A stretch of DNA of 62,985 nucleotides, filler included, from Rhabdomonas costata (GCA_019059605.1; 57 parts of 57 records of this genome joined end to end with filler, not necessarily neighbours in it), one strand, 5' to 3'. Counted from the first letter of the whole stretch, positions 1 to 12,669 are shown. The notes: a model not told the origin generated them from the sequence alone. Numbers and translations: made by a program.

Positions 1-3
1 TGT

Positions 4-561
4 GTGGGGGGGAAGCGCCACCCCTGAATCAGACGGGGGCAGTGAGTGAGGGAGTGAGGGGAAGTGAGTGAGTAAGTGATTGAGATTGTGTTGGAGGGTC
101 GCATAGCGCAATAACTGATGCAGGGGTAGCGCCAGGGTGCTCGCCTCCTGAGACTCTTGGGATGCTGGCCAAGCCAGTGTGACTTCATCTTTCGCCTAGA
201 GATTCACTGTTGATGTGATTTGGTGATACTAAGTATCCTACATTACGATAGTCGATCTATTGAAGTGCCTGTCATCGTGCGGAGGACTATAAGTTGCATT
301 GGTGGGATGCTTACGATGGACAAACAGCTATGAGATTGGGACAGGGGTGCTTGATTCAGATCGTTCCTTCTTCACACCCGACGTTTTACGCCCACCCAGA
401 GTCCCACACTGCAGGGGTCCCACACCCACACTCAGATGGATACCTGGAGCATACTGCTCCACGGGAAGCAGGAAGCGATTGTTGGCGCAGTCAAAGACCC
501 ACTGGGGCTGCACATAGTCCCGGTCCAACTGCCGGTGTGTTACCGTTGGCCGGTCAATCAC
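4..561 (-). CDS. PES1: Pescadillo/Nop7 (BRCT region), partial; exons 444-561 and 4-23
   Basis: Spliced peptide VIDRPTVTHRQLDRDYVQPQWVFDCANNRFLLPVEQYAPG|VALPPH fits the pescadillo motif YVQPQWVFD...LLPV..Y..G..LPPHLSPF; 420-nt GT-AG intron (24-443) with matching phase. Confidence 0.9.
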
Positions 562-1007
562 CTGCGAGAGAGGCATCGACACACCGCAGAGGAGGGCGAG
601 AATGATACCAAAGGAGACGGCAACCCGAGCAGCCCAACCCCCGTTTTCGCCGAACTTCTGTTCAAAAGTTTCGTCCTTCACAAGATCGAGCCTCAACCCA
701 ACCCTCGCATCTCTATTGGCTTTGTCTTCATTGGAACTTCTTCCAACCCGCGGTCAGGCAATTTCAACAAAAACGAAGACAAATAGCAAGGAAAAAACTC
801 TCTGATCTGCACCCCTCAGATTTAGATCAACTGATGATGAAAACACCGATGTCTGATGCGCAGCGTCTCAGGAGGAAGTTTTCGTCCCTGATGTTAAAGC
901 TTAACATGAATGAAACATAATTTGTCCACAAAGAATAAGTTGCCTTGGACACATTCTTTTTCAGAAACGCATACGACTTGGACATATTCAACAAACACAA
1001 ATGAACA

Positions 1008-1107
1008 NNNNNNNNNNNNNNNNNNNNNNNNNNNNNNNNNNNNNNNNNNNNTTAATTAATTAANNNNNNNNNNNNNNNNNNNNNNNNNNNNNNNNNNNNN
1101 NNNNNNN
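1008..1107. other. Synthetic contig linker N44-TTAATTAATTAA-N44 (first of 56 identical linkers, about every 1.1 kb)
   Basis: Identical 100-nt spacer with a six-frame stop 12-mer at 1052, 2159, 3266 ... 61924; the segments between them are about 1003-1023 nt. Confidence 0.99.
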
Positions 1108-2214
1108 GGGGTTTTGGTTTCGAGCCCAACTAGACTGAAGGCAAGCTATTGCAGACAGACGACTGAACGGGCTCTGTAGATCCCAGATCCAGGTCCAAAA
1201 GGTCGTGTGTAGCTACTGGATCAACTTTGATGACGCACCTTGTTGTGATTGCTAGGGGAAGGGAAGAGAGAAGGAAAATTTGAGAGCAGGGACACGCTTT
1301 TCCCACATACCACCCGCCGCCCCCCAAGCAGGCCTGCGGCTACCTTCGCACCTTTGAACAATTAGAAAAGCAAAAGGGTGGGCCTGAACCCCAGGAGCGA
1401 AGCCGAACCTGACGATCGCAACGATGAGGGTCTTTGTGTCCGGGCTCCGGGAGAGAGAGAGCCCCCTCACCCCAGAGAAGCGTGATCCTTTCGGTGTTGG
1501 CTTCTTTCCAGCCATGAGCCTTTGAAAACCCGTATGACTGATGGATGATAACGCCTTTCCCATCTCCCGCATAACAGTGCGTTCCCATTTCCTTGCCGAT
1601 GCACCTCAGGAGACCAGATACATTCATCCGGAAACGCTGCCCCGCTACAGGCAAAAAGAAAAGACTCAGCCTCTCTCTGGCCCCACCTCTCCTGGATTTG
1701 TTTGGCTTTCTAGGGGCGGGCTGCTTTGCCGCGGCTTCCGCACAATGGTGGAGGACGGGCCCCGGGGGTCCCGAGGAGCCCCAGGGAGGAGAGTGCCCGC
1801 CCCCGCTGGTGCCCAACGCACAGCCCGCGATGGGGGTCGCAGAGTCATCTCTGGAGGTTTTCCCTGATGCTATGTTTCGGAAGGAATGACTTCTGGGGGA
1901 TGATGAAACGGAAAGCGTCGAAGATTTTGGACGAATCGGGGGTTCCTCGTTCAACATTTTCGTTCCCGTTCTATACGTTTTTGTTCAAAAATATCACGTT
2001 GGCTCCGCGAGGCACCTTTTTTGTTCAAGGTTGCTCTTCACTGGTCCTTTTGCGCTGGCAGCTCTGCACTGACAGTCACGGCACGAGCACACATCTTCAC
2101 TACCCCCCCACCACNNNNNNNNNNNNNNNNNNNNNNNNNNNNNNNNNNNNNNNNNNNNTTAATTAATTAANNNNNNNNNNNNNNNNNNNNNNNNNNNNNN
2201 NNNNNNNNNNNNNN

Positions 2215-2304
2215 CGGCAGGGCGCGACGCTAACACCGGAGATGTGGTTGATCAAGATGATGCTGGGCGGGGTGGACCCCGCATTTGATGCGGCCGACGA
2301 ATGA
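2215..2304 (+). CDS. Terminal exon of an unidentified protein (RQGATLTPEMWLIKMMLGGVDPAFDAADE*)
   Basis: Open frame from the contig start to TGA with GC3-rich codons; no family recognised. Confidence 0.4.
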   Translation, partial: RQGATLTPEMWLIKMMLGGVDPAFDAADE

Positions 2305-3333
2305 GCCTCAGGACAGGCAGCTGGAGAGCAATGGGTGGCTCTCCTGGCTTTCGCCGATTCTTTGAGTGCTGACGTTTTTTTTTGCTGTGTGGGTTAGATG
2401 TGCGCGGGAGTCTCGTGTAAATACCGAATGAGCATCAATTCGCTTTGCTGACTTTTACTGTTTGACTGCTTTGTTTCTTTGGGGGAGGGGGCATGTGACC
2501 CGTCTGTGTGTCGCCCGCACGCTCTGCGACGTTATTGCTATCATGCTTTGCTCCTCCCAATCGGTCGTGGTGGAATAAGGTAACATCGCCCTGAGTCCCC
2601 GCCGCCGCTTGAATCGGATGGTTCTATCATGTCTCATTACGGGTGTTAATTTCACAACATGCGAGGCGGCTTGCGAACCGAATGATCGAGGAACCAGTTG
2701 CCGGATCAAAGACGCATGCAAACACGTATGCACATGCAGTTTGGGTCGGCTTTTGTGATGTCATGGCTGGGTCCAAGCTTTCACTTTTGGCCTCGGTTTG
2801 CAATTTACTCTCGATGTGATCCGGGGCGCTGGCTGGGAAACAGGCGGGCGACGCCACTATTGTCTGCACTATTGCTAACAATTCATATTGCTCCTAGCAC
2901 GGCAGTGAGAGAGGTCGAAGTTGGTTGTTGGAAGTTTTTCGATGGTTCCAAACAAAATGATTTATCAAAAAAAATGCCGTGAGAAGGCTGACTTCCTTTG
3001 CGGATCGCTCACCCCCTCCCCCAATCAGGCGTTCCTGCTGCGTGGCCGAAGGGTTTCTTCATTTGTAATGTTTTGCGATCGACAAGAACAGGGGACCAAG
3101 CGCTGAAACGTGATTGTCTTTCAGATCCGAAATTGTTTTATTTGGGGAAACTCGATTGTCCATTCATCATCCCTCACTGAGCCTTTCCTCGAGTCAGGGA
3201 TGGTGAATGGACAACCCCCCCNNNNNNNNNNNNNNNNNNNNNNNNNNNNNNNNNNNNNNNNNNNNTTAATTAATTAANNNNNNNNNNNNNNNNNNNNNNN
3301 NNNNNNNNNNNNNNNNNNNNNGGGTTTGTGTGG

Positions 3334-3704
3334 CGCCTGATCGACCTTGTCGAGGCGAAGGTGCACTCCCCCTTCCACCACCCCATTTTCTGCTAAAATA
3401 CGAGGAAGAATACGAAAGTTAGTCCATTTGCAGGAAGCCGTCCCTCCCGTTCCCATGTCTTTTCCCAGCGCAACCACACGTGAACTGCCACATCTGAACT
3501 GATGTACGAGGAGCATTGGGAAAAATGAGATGCGCTGGACTGACAATTGGATGGGCATTGCAGGGATGCTGAGAAATGCATAATGGAATCTAGTGTGGCA
3601 CTTTAATTTGCAGATTGTGCCCCTCCACCGCGTGACGTTTTTTGTCCTGGACGAGGCGGACATCATGCTCACGATGGGCCTTGCTGGGCAGATCTGTGCC
3701 ATTG
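3334..3704 (+). CDS. DEAD-box RNA helicase, partial; exons about 3334-3360 and 3614-3704
   Basis: RLIDLVEAK|IVPLHRVTFFVLDEADIMLTMG covers motif Ib/Ic to motif II; GT-AG intron 3361-3613. Confidence 0.85.
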
Positions 3705-4858
3705 GTACGTTCAAGTCTCCGATCCTCGCATCCTGCTCATTCCCCTCCCTTTCCCCAGAGGGCGTGGGGGGGGGGGCGAACTGTCTCCAGGTCTCATGAC
3801 CCGTATTTTTTTTTTCGTAATCTCGGCTTCAGCTGAAAACTTGCTCCCACAGATTATTTCGCACTGAAATCACTGCTCAGCAGTCGATTGTGGCTGCCCC
3901 CAGGTTGACTCTCACTTGTATCGCTTGAGCATTTTCCCGATGCGTATAGAAGATCAACATGCGGATTCTGGTGGCTGGTTTTCAGCTGGAAATTTGCTTA
4001 ATCTGCTTTCTTCGGCTGCCCTCTTTCCCACGCAGTTGCTCAGCTCCGTCCCGACCGCCAGACAGTGATGTTCAGCGCGACATGGGTCCTCTATTTTTTT
4101 TGCAAGTTTTTTTTTTGACACCTTTCTGCTCTGTCTGTCAGGAACCCGATTCACTACCAAAAGTCCTCGAAAATAAACTTTTAATAACAGTATAGGGCCT
4201 GGGTTTGAAACGGGGTTGAGTCACTAGCTGATGCTGTGTTGTTTTGGCCCATATATTTTCAACCCACGATCATTGAGCAGCAAAATGGCAAATGGAGGTC
4301 GGTTATCTACAACATCATAGCAATGTCNNNNNNNNNNNNNNNNNNNNNNNNNNNNNNNNNNNNNNNNNNNNTTAATTAATTAANNNNNNNNNNNNNNNNN
4401 NNNNNNNNNNNNNNNNNNNNNNNNNNNTGTGGTGGGTGGTAATTGGCCCATGGAGGTCACCCGGAGGTCTCTGTGAGCAGAGAGGAGGTGACCACTGGAG
4501 AGGCTGCTTTGTGTGCCCTTTGCGGAAAGGCTTGTTGTCATTTTGCCTGTCTGCTTTTCGAGGATGCCTTACTGCGTGCCAGTTCGGGGCGGTCTGAGTC
4601 GTTGTCTTGAATGCAGGTCGCTTCTGCGTAATATATGCTAACTCAGTGTGTCAAAGCCCCGCCTTCGCGAGTGATGGCACCCCAGGCTTTTGCCTGCTGG
4701 TTCTGGAGTATTTGGATTTTTTTTATTTCCACCTTCAGAGCAGCGGGATGCCTCTTTCTTTCAGAAGATTTTAATCTGCAGCACCTTTGCTTTTTTTGAT
4801 TTTCGAGCTCTTCTCAGTCATCATGTGCTGGATGAGTGTGGGCTCTTTTCCCCCGCAG

Positions 4859-5048
4859 AAACTCCGATGTGCAGCGGGTGCTTGCGGCGATGAGGCTGAG
4901 GAACCCGTTCTCCGACCTCCACAACCGCGAGCTGTGGGAGGAGCTGCTGTACATCGCGAAGCATCCTATGCCGCACGTGCCGGCGCGCCCGCGGGAGTAC
5001 CTGGGGTGGACCGTGGACGCGAAGACCCTGGCGGAGGGCCTTCCTGAG
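4859..5048 (+). CDS. Internal exon of an unidentified protein (NSDVQRVLAAMRLRNPFSDLHNRELWEELLYIAKHPMPH...)
   Basis: Polypyrimidine-CAG acceptor, GC-rich open frame, GAG|gttctg donor. Confidence 0.6.
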
Positions 5049-5544
5049 GTTCTGGCTTTCCCCACCTTCAACCCCAAGCACTTTCAATCCCAATGCTTCC
5101 TTTTTTTGTAGTTGTCATCGAATGTAAATTCAAGCTTGCGGATTCAAAAAACCCGCTGTAAGTTTCAAATCTTGTATTGCCCACGCGATGCGGGGGTGCA
5201 TGCAACGTCCTTATAACAGCCCCCCCCACAAAATATGTCCAGTGCAACTCAGAAAAGCTCACAGGTCGCGTGCAGAACGTGTTCGGAATTTTGCTAATCA
5301 GCCAGTTTCCCAATGTGGTTGCACCTTGCATTTGAGTTCTTGCCTGCCTTTTTCATGAGGAGTATGCTGCTCACCAGACAGCCTTTCCTGAGAAAGACGA
5401 GCAAGAACTCAAATGCAAGGTGCAACCACACCCCNNNNNNNNNNNNNNNNNNNNNNNNNNNNNNNNNNNNNNNNNNNNTTAATTAATTAANNNNNNNNNN
5501 NNNNNNNNNNNNNNNNNNNNNNNNNNNNNNNNNNGTGGGGGGTG

Positions 5545-5889
5545 GGTGGCCTCCAGGCCGTCCATTTCAGGCATCATTACCTTTTTTGAAGAAGGTTTTG
5601 GAAGAGTGTACAGCTGTTGAATGTTTTGCTCCAACCTAAGGCTGGCTCTCGGTGCGGGTTAAAAGGAATCAACGGCAGCGCGCGGTAGCGCAAGATGGAG
5701 AAAGTTATGCAAAGAACTGCCTTTTCCATTCCACAGCGACCCAAAAAAAGCATACGTCCATCAGCACCAGGTCAAAGGGAACTGCCTCGCTCTGGGCCAC
5801 CTGCAAGGCTTCCGCCCCGCTACACACCGCCCGGACATTGGTGATGCCCATCTGCTCCAGCTTCAGCGACATTACACGGAGGTTGACCG
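5545..5889 (-). CDS. Response-regulator receiver (REC) domain, probably of a hybrid histidine kinase; exons 5756-5889 and about 5545-5580
   Basis: Spliced VNLRVMSLKLEQMG...SGAEALQ...FDLVLMD|VMMPEMDGLEAT; the phospho-acceptor motif D-x-x-M-P-x-M-D-G is restored across a 175-nt GT-AG intron. Confidence 0.9.
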
Positions 5890-7058
5890 CTGCACACCGG
5901 ACGGGAGGGAAAACAGTAAGCAGGTACACTTCCAAGCCGACGCACCGTGAGTGCGTGACTCAATGTGAGTGCGGAATTTCTAGATCAAATAGGACGTCCA
6001 GGGGCTTCCGTACCGGGCCCGGCCTATAGGCCCCCATCTAGCCCTCGATTCCAGCCCGGGTAATGGAATTATGGCACACAACAACCCACAACTTCCGACC
6101 ACAGGATGAAGGCAGTTTGCTGTGAACGTGATGGGCAATTTTTTGCATGCTTTGCTCTGCTTCTAATTGCTCCAACCGAGAATCTCCTCTCCGACAATCG
6201 AAAAATACACTAGCCCCAAACACAGAGCCCGGAGAAGAAACAAAAAGAGCACTAAGAACGGGCTGGAAGATGATGCAGGCATGACATTGAGGCAATTTGA
6301 AGGACTGTTTCTCCGAGCCAAGATTTCATCCCATCTCACTCACACCTTATGACTTTTCGTTATCTTCAGCCCCATTTCATAAGTTAACTACCAAGCACAC
6401 TTCCTTTCCCACTGCAGTCCACTTACAGTTCAGAGGCCGCGGTCCAACTGCAACTCCAACTCCTGCACCTTCACCGTCGCCACCACCGCCCCTCTCCAGC
6501 GTTCCACAGACAAAGATGCACACTACTGCTTCCCAAAAAACNNNNNNNNNNNNNNNNNNNNNNNNNNNNNNNNNNNNNNNNNNNNTTAATTAATTAANNN
6601 NNNNNNNNNNNNNNNNNNNNNNNNNNNNNNNNNNNNNNNNNAGACGGTCTATATAGATATATTCGCTCCGCTCAAACTGAGTGCATCAAATGGCGGACGC
6701 GGACGTGTTTTTATGGTCTTTTTTGTCCCTGACCACACGCTGGAAGTTTTGAATGATCTCGTCAGGCAAGCAGACAGTTCAAATCTCAAGTGAGATACGT
6801 GAGATGCGTTAAGGTGTTTACACGTTCGCAGATGAGGGCGCTTCAATTTAGCGTTTATTCCGCCTCCATTGCCTTTCTTCCCGCAGTGATTTTTTCTTCA
6901 CTTTTCTTCGTTTTTAGAAGTCCCGTGCACACTTGTCTTTGCTTGTGAACTCTTTTGCGCGTTCGTCGTGAAATGGGTGGAAGCGACGTTTTTTCTGCCT
7001 GACACTCTCGCCTTTCCCCTTGCTTCCTTTCCGGGAACAAATGACTACCGTTTCCGAG

Positions 7059-7542
7059 GTGAGGGATCAGCTAACGCAGCAGCAGAACCGGAAATATAAG
7101 GACTACCAGCTGGAGCGGTGGATTGCCCACAAGAAGGGCCGCATAAACGAAGTGCTGCGGACAGTTGGAAACCAGCACTTCAACGAGTGCCGCGTGATGT
7201 CTATCCCCACCAACCCCTCTCGGCTGCAGGTACGCATGCAGGAGTGCATTCTTGGGTGGAGATTGCTGATCTTGCATGCGTTGACGCGGAGCTTGTGGTG
7301 TATTGAAAGATGACAAAGTAGTTCAGAGGGCTCTGTGAGTGAAAAGAGCTCTAGTATCGGTGCGCGCTTGGTAGGCTACTGTCCACGAGCTCAACCGCCG
7401 TGTCCTGAGCTTCATCCACCTCGCGGAGTCCCACCGTGTGGTGATTTTTGTGAACACCCGGAACAAGAGCAAACAATTCTGCGAGGACGAGGCCATTGAC
7501 GCCCTCCTGCTTTTCATGTACTATTCTCTGCTTCGCATTGAG
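7059..7542 (+). CDS. Two in-phase exons (7059-7229, 7375-7542) of an unidentified protein
   Basis: Phase-0 GT-AG junction joins ...PTNPSRLQ|ATVHELNRRVLSFIHLAESHRVVIFVNT...LLRIE; the first acceptor is uncertain. Confidence 0.55.
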
Positions 7543-7793
7543 GTGTGCTGCACTTGGGAAGGTGATAATATGATGATATGATGGCATACGCATCCACATG
7601 CCCCCCCCCCCTCAGGAGTATCCACACCCACACCAAACACACCCACAANNNNNNNNNNNNNNNNNNNNNNNNNNNNNNNNNNNNNNNNNNNNTTAATTAA
7701 TTAANNNNNNNNNNNNNNNNNNNNNNNNNNNNNNNNNNNNNNNNNNNNGGGTGGTGGGTGGTGATGGCGGTCATGACGGGGCATGTACAGTTC

Positions 7794-8070
7794 GGGGGGG
7801 TGTTAGACGGGTGTTAGACGGGTGTTAGACGGGTGTTAGACCGTCGCTGTTAGACTTTAGACACACGTTCTCCCTGGGATTCCAATAGAAGCTTTGCAGG
7901 GGTTAGGAAGGCGACACACGTGTCCCCTGGGATTCCAACAGAAGGGGCGTGGGTTACACGGATGTTAGACGTCTAACACCGTTAGGCGTCTAACGGTCGT
8001 CTAACGGTGTTAGACGGGCGTTAGATGTCTAACACCGTTAGACGTCCAACGTCGCCCCCCACCCCACCCC
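7794..8070. repeat. Intronic element built from GTGTTAGAC/GTCTAACAC motifs
   Basis: 4 tandem GGGTGTTAGAC (7798-7841), a 32-nt direct repeat (7860 and 7913), and perfect palindrome TGTTAGACGTCTAACA (7963-7978) with degenerate copies. Confidence 0.85.
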
Positions 8071-8414
8071 CGCTGCCTTTGCTGAGGGGGGGGGTTGAAG
8101 TGTCCCTCTTGTCTTCGCTTTCTTCGTGAGTCAACTGCTCTCCATATATCTGCCAGTTGAAAGTTAAAGTAGATTCGGGGAATAACGTTCGAAACCTGGC
8201 AGATTTCACTTTTAGCCCGTCATTTCACCCCTTTCCCCTTCCTTATAGAGGTACCGTTTAACTCTATCCCTCCCTCCAACTTTCAACCTTGCAGTCTTCG
8301 AGCTTCTTCTTATCCTTCTGTTCGTTGTGATACCCATACGACAAGCTTGTCATATATAATGCTTGTGCTAGTGCGGCGTCCCATATGCAACTACCAACAC
8401 ACATACACGTGCAG

Positions 8415-8556
8415 GGGTAGCCGGGTACGCATCCAGACGTCCCGCCGGCCCTTCCCTCTGATCAACCTGCACCGCTACGACACGGACTGGTACAACAGCA
8501 TCAAGACAAAGCTGAGCTGGAACGTCCGGGTGGAGCAAGGGAGCAACGAGGAGTGA
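8415..8556 (+). CDS. NADK: NAD(H) kinase, terminal exon
   Basis: GSRVRIQTSRRPFPLIN...DWYNSIKTKLSWNVRVEQ* fits the eukaryotic NADK C-terminal pattern G..V.I..S..P.P......DW..S....L.WN.R..Q. Confidence 0.85.
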
Positions 8557-9005
8557 CCCCCCGCTTCGGCCACCCAAGTACGACCTGGAGGAGGCCGACG
8601 GCATGAACTCGTCCCCCTCAATCTCTGAAGAAAGGAAGCTTGCACGCTGTTGCCTGTGTGCGAGCATGTATACTCGTTGCCACCCTCTCTGGCATACGGT
8701 TCAAACTCAAACGTGGACCAAGACCTACATCGGTAATGCCGTGCCACACACACACANNNNNNNNNNNNNNNNNNNNNNNNNNNNNNNNNNNNNNNNNNNN
8801 TTAATTAATTAANNNNNNNNNNNNNNNNNNNNNNNNNNNNNNNNNNNNNNNNNNNNGTTTTTTTGTTTCAGGGAATCGGCACGTTGTCTCCCGATTTTTG
8901 GTAGATTGGAAGAAATACAGCGGTATCCTAACTTTGCACGACTCAAGCACTTCCCCAATTTATTTAACGGTTACCTGAGTTGCTGAGTTTCTGTTGTGTC
9001 CACAG

Positions 9006-9557
9006 GGCAATTCCCTGGAGTACGCCGTGCAGGGGCTTAGGTAAGTTGCTGTTGCTCTGTGCCAGAGTCCCAAAAAACCTGCCCCTTTTGCCGGCACCCT
9101 CTCTTCTCCAAGCAAATTTCAGGTTTTCGAGCATTCTCTAATGTTGGCGTGACATGAAGTGCTCCTCTTAAATACTGCGTTAGCGAAATATATAATCCGT
9201 TATATTATATACTCTTTTCTGATGTATCGTCTGCAAATGGAATGACAAGAGCGATTGGGCAGCGTATTTTTCCGGTTCACTGCTTGTTTCAAGCGGCTGA
9301 GACGATGCGATGGATCAATTTTTCTTCTGGTGTGCTCAAGCTTCACGGTTCATCGCACACAAAACGGAGTTAAGATGGGAATGGGATCGGATTCCCTCAG
9401 GCGTGTGACTAAGCAGGTGCTGCTGGTGCAGTGGAGAAATCCCATTTTCAGCTGGGTGAAGTACGCTGACGTCCGGTGGCACAACCGCACTATCTACACC
9501 CTCACGTGGTTCCGGGTCCTGCTGTCGCGGTACTTCACAGACTGGGCTGAGCTTGGG
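9006..9557 (+). CDS. Two exons (9006-9040, 9452-9557) of an unidentified protein
   Basis: Phase-2 GT-AG junction gives GNSLEYAVQGLSWVKYADVRWHNRTIYTLTWFRVLLSRYFTDWAELG. Confidence 0.55.
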
Positions 9558-12441
9558 GTATTGTCTTTTTCCAATTTCCTACACCTGTCGAGTGTCCCGC
9601 CCACTGCCCTACGCACCTGCATTGTCCATGCCACTTCCCGATTTCATAGTCGTCAAAAACGCTGTGTTTCTCTATCAGCAGGGGTAGTTGACAGTGCATT
9701 CAAACATAAGCTGAAGTAAACAAATCAGCAGCGTTGCAGTCGAGGTCTGTGCGCAACTTCACAACTAGGATGAGGGTGCGGCTGCAATTTTCACGCAGGC
9801 ACCGTTTGCATGAATGCCTCACGATTTTTTTTCAGGAAACCCACCAACCAAACCACACCAAACNNNNNNNNNNNNNNNNNNNNNNNNNNNNNNNNNNNNN
9901 NNNNNNNTTAATTAATTAANNNNNNNNNNNNNNNNNNNNNNNNNNNNNNNNNNNNNNNNNNNNGGGGTTGGTGCAGTGGCCAAGGCCCCATCCACAATCC
10001 ACACGTAGCAGAACCCCACGTCGCGGCAGGAAACGCAGCGGCTGCAGTTGACAACACTTGACATGTGCAGAACCACACAAACGGAAAAGAAAAAAAGGAC
10101 AATTCCACAGTCATTTTCGGAAATTGTTTTCCTTCGGAAAACCCCCAGGGCAGACGTTTCCTCAAAAAAAAAGGCGGCTTCTTGAACACCCTTGTGCTTG
10201 GAGACAGGGAGTCGCAGACAAAATGCGAGTCCCAACACAACAACTACACCCATATGATCAAACAGTGCACCCACAAAGCAGGCTGCATTGCCACCAAGCA
10301 CCACTCGCCAAAAGAAGAACATCGAGATGAATGCCTGGGCAGGGCCTCGTTTCCTATGTTACAACCATGGGGCAACGAAGCACAGTCATGCAAGACGCTA
10401 CACCCCTTTTCCGTGCCCAGAGCTTCTCTGCAGCAGCAGTTGTGGCAGCCGGGTCTGTGCCTCAGCGCGAGGCCCGCCGGACAGCTCCTCCCCTGTGGAA
10501 TGGCCCTCTGGAGAGGCCCCTGCACTGACGTTCGCTGGAGAGACCGCAGGCCGTGGACCCGGCACTCTGCCCTCCTCCACTGTATAGCCCTTCGCTGGGC
10601 TCTGGCGGATGTCCAGCGCACCACCGTCTGAGGGGTCTATCCTGGCCACAGGGCCACAAGGATCGTCCAAAGGGCTAGCGCCCGTGGAAGCAGGCACGCT
10701 CTCTCTTAGAGGGGACCGCCCAAACAGCAGCACAAAGCGGCTCCGGGTTCGCGCCACCACGGAGCCCGAGCTGGCCGGAATCGCAGCGAGGGAGGTCGGC
10801 GCAGCGATGTCAGCCCCCTTACTTCGGCGGGAGTCTGCGCGGTGTTTAAGGTACTGCCTGCCCAGGAAGGCGGAGAGAGATGCCACCACAAGGCCGATCC
10901 CCACGAACTGCATCACGTTGTTCAGGCTCTCGCCCAACATGCCCCACCCTGACCAGTCATCCACCCCACCNNNNNNNNNNNNNNNNNNNNNNNNNNNNNN
11001 NNNNNNNNNNNNNNTTAATTAATTAANNNNNNNNNNNNNNNNNNNNNNNNNNNNNNNNNNNNNNNNNNNNCCGCAGCATCGTCCATGGGATGAGGTCCTT
11101 TTGCGGAACTCGAGAACGAGGACGAGGTCCAAGCAAGCAAAATGCGGCAATCAGGAGTCGATATAATAGAGAGAAGCCCGCCAAGAGGTATCAAAAAGAC
11201 ATGAAAATGAGCACAGCAGGGATCTTGTCACGGTATCCTCTGCGGATCGAGGCAGAGTGATGAGACGGAACACATAGAAACATTTCAGTTGCTTGAAGGC
11301 AGCGACCGTGATAAAGATGTAATGCGATGAAGTTGTGCTGAACTGAATGGGGGAGGGGTCAACAAAGCTCAAACCTCAGCCAGCCTTGTGACTCGTGTCG
11401 TCGTTTTTTCTTTTGGTCAGAAAGCATAGCAAGATATTAAAAGGAGAAGCGCAAGTTCGAAGGAGTGCAGTGTGGGGACGAGAAATTCAAGGGTGTCTCT
11501 ACGTGTGCCCAAGGATGAGATGCACGCGCATCGCGCACCCGGGAGGGGGGGGGCACGCGATCGGGCGCACAGTGGTAGTGGAGCTCAGGTACTGTTGGGA
11601 CAGCAAAGCACCGTGTACTGATGTAGCGATGACGCCAAATGCAGTACATGATGTGGGTAGCTCCCTATAGTGCCGTCCAGGTAATGATGTGGTGATGCAG
11701 TTGGCTTTTGCGCGAACAAAAATGAAGTGCACAGAGAAGTCTAAAAGGGAGATTTGCAGACGCTCCAGGGGAGGGGGCGCACAAACCAGTGGGAAAAAAA
11801 GGCTAAAAAATCGGAGTTCATAGAAAAGGAGTCAAATAGAGGGGGGCTATTCACAACGTATCGGAAAAAAGGAGAACCCCGAGGCTCAATCTGTCCGAGC
11901 CCACCCGCCGGTGTGCCAAGAGGGTGCAGCCCATTCCGAAGCCCCGAAGCTGACGTGATGACAACAACGTCAACACCCGGTTTCACACCACTTTCGCATT
12001 TGTCCCCGTGGGGACAGAATGAACCTCAAAAAAGAAACCCGGCAAACGACTCCCCGACAAAAGTACCCCACAAAAANNNNNNNNNNNNNNNNNNNNNNNN
12101 NNNNNNNNNNNNNNNNNNNNTTAATTAATTAANNNNNNNNNNNNNNNNNNNNNNNNNNNNNNNNNNNNNNNNNNNNTGTGTTGGGTGTGGTGGGCAGCGC
12201 CGCGACGGCCGGTGCGAACGGTTGAAGCGGGGACGTCCCGTGGGGGTCATGCAAACGAATTTGGTGTTTTACAATGTTGAACGATGATGCTATTTTTCCG
12301 AAAGAGGGTTGGGTACAGTGTTCCACAGCCGTTTTCAGGTGTATTTTCGACCATTTTGACGGCGTCAAATGTTTAAGGCCAATACCACCACAAAAAAGAA
12401 TACAGCAGCCCCGCCTTGCCTTCTCCCCCGACCCCGTACAG

Positions 12442-12612
12442 TCTGATTTCATGGAGAGCGACCGCAGCTCCCAAGACGACACCTTGCACACGCTCGTCGC
12501 GGTGTCTGCGGTGCAGCGCCAAGGATCGTTGCACAGCCTGGAGACTCTCCTGAGGTACAGGAACTTCATGGCTTCCGGCCTTCCAATGGATAAGTTGGCA
12601 ACGTTCCTGGAG
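12442..12612 (+). CDS. Internal exon of an unidentified protein (SDFMESDRSSQDDTLHTLVAV...LATFLE)
   Basis: 171-nt phase-0 exon bounded by cag| and |gtgtga. Confidence 0.5.
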
Positions 12613-12669
12613 GTGTGATTGCCTAACCTCGCCCCCGCCCTCTCCACCTCTTAGCATTATGCATAGCAC

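Noticed and set aside
5314..5430. 30-bp perfect inverted repeat as a terminator, MITE or pre-miRNA
   Set aside because: The outer arm runs into the contig end and primer-like tail, and the inner arm starts at a G/T-rich priming site; this is a typical WGA snap-back chimera.
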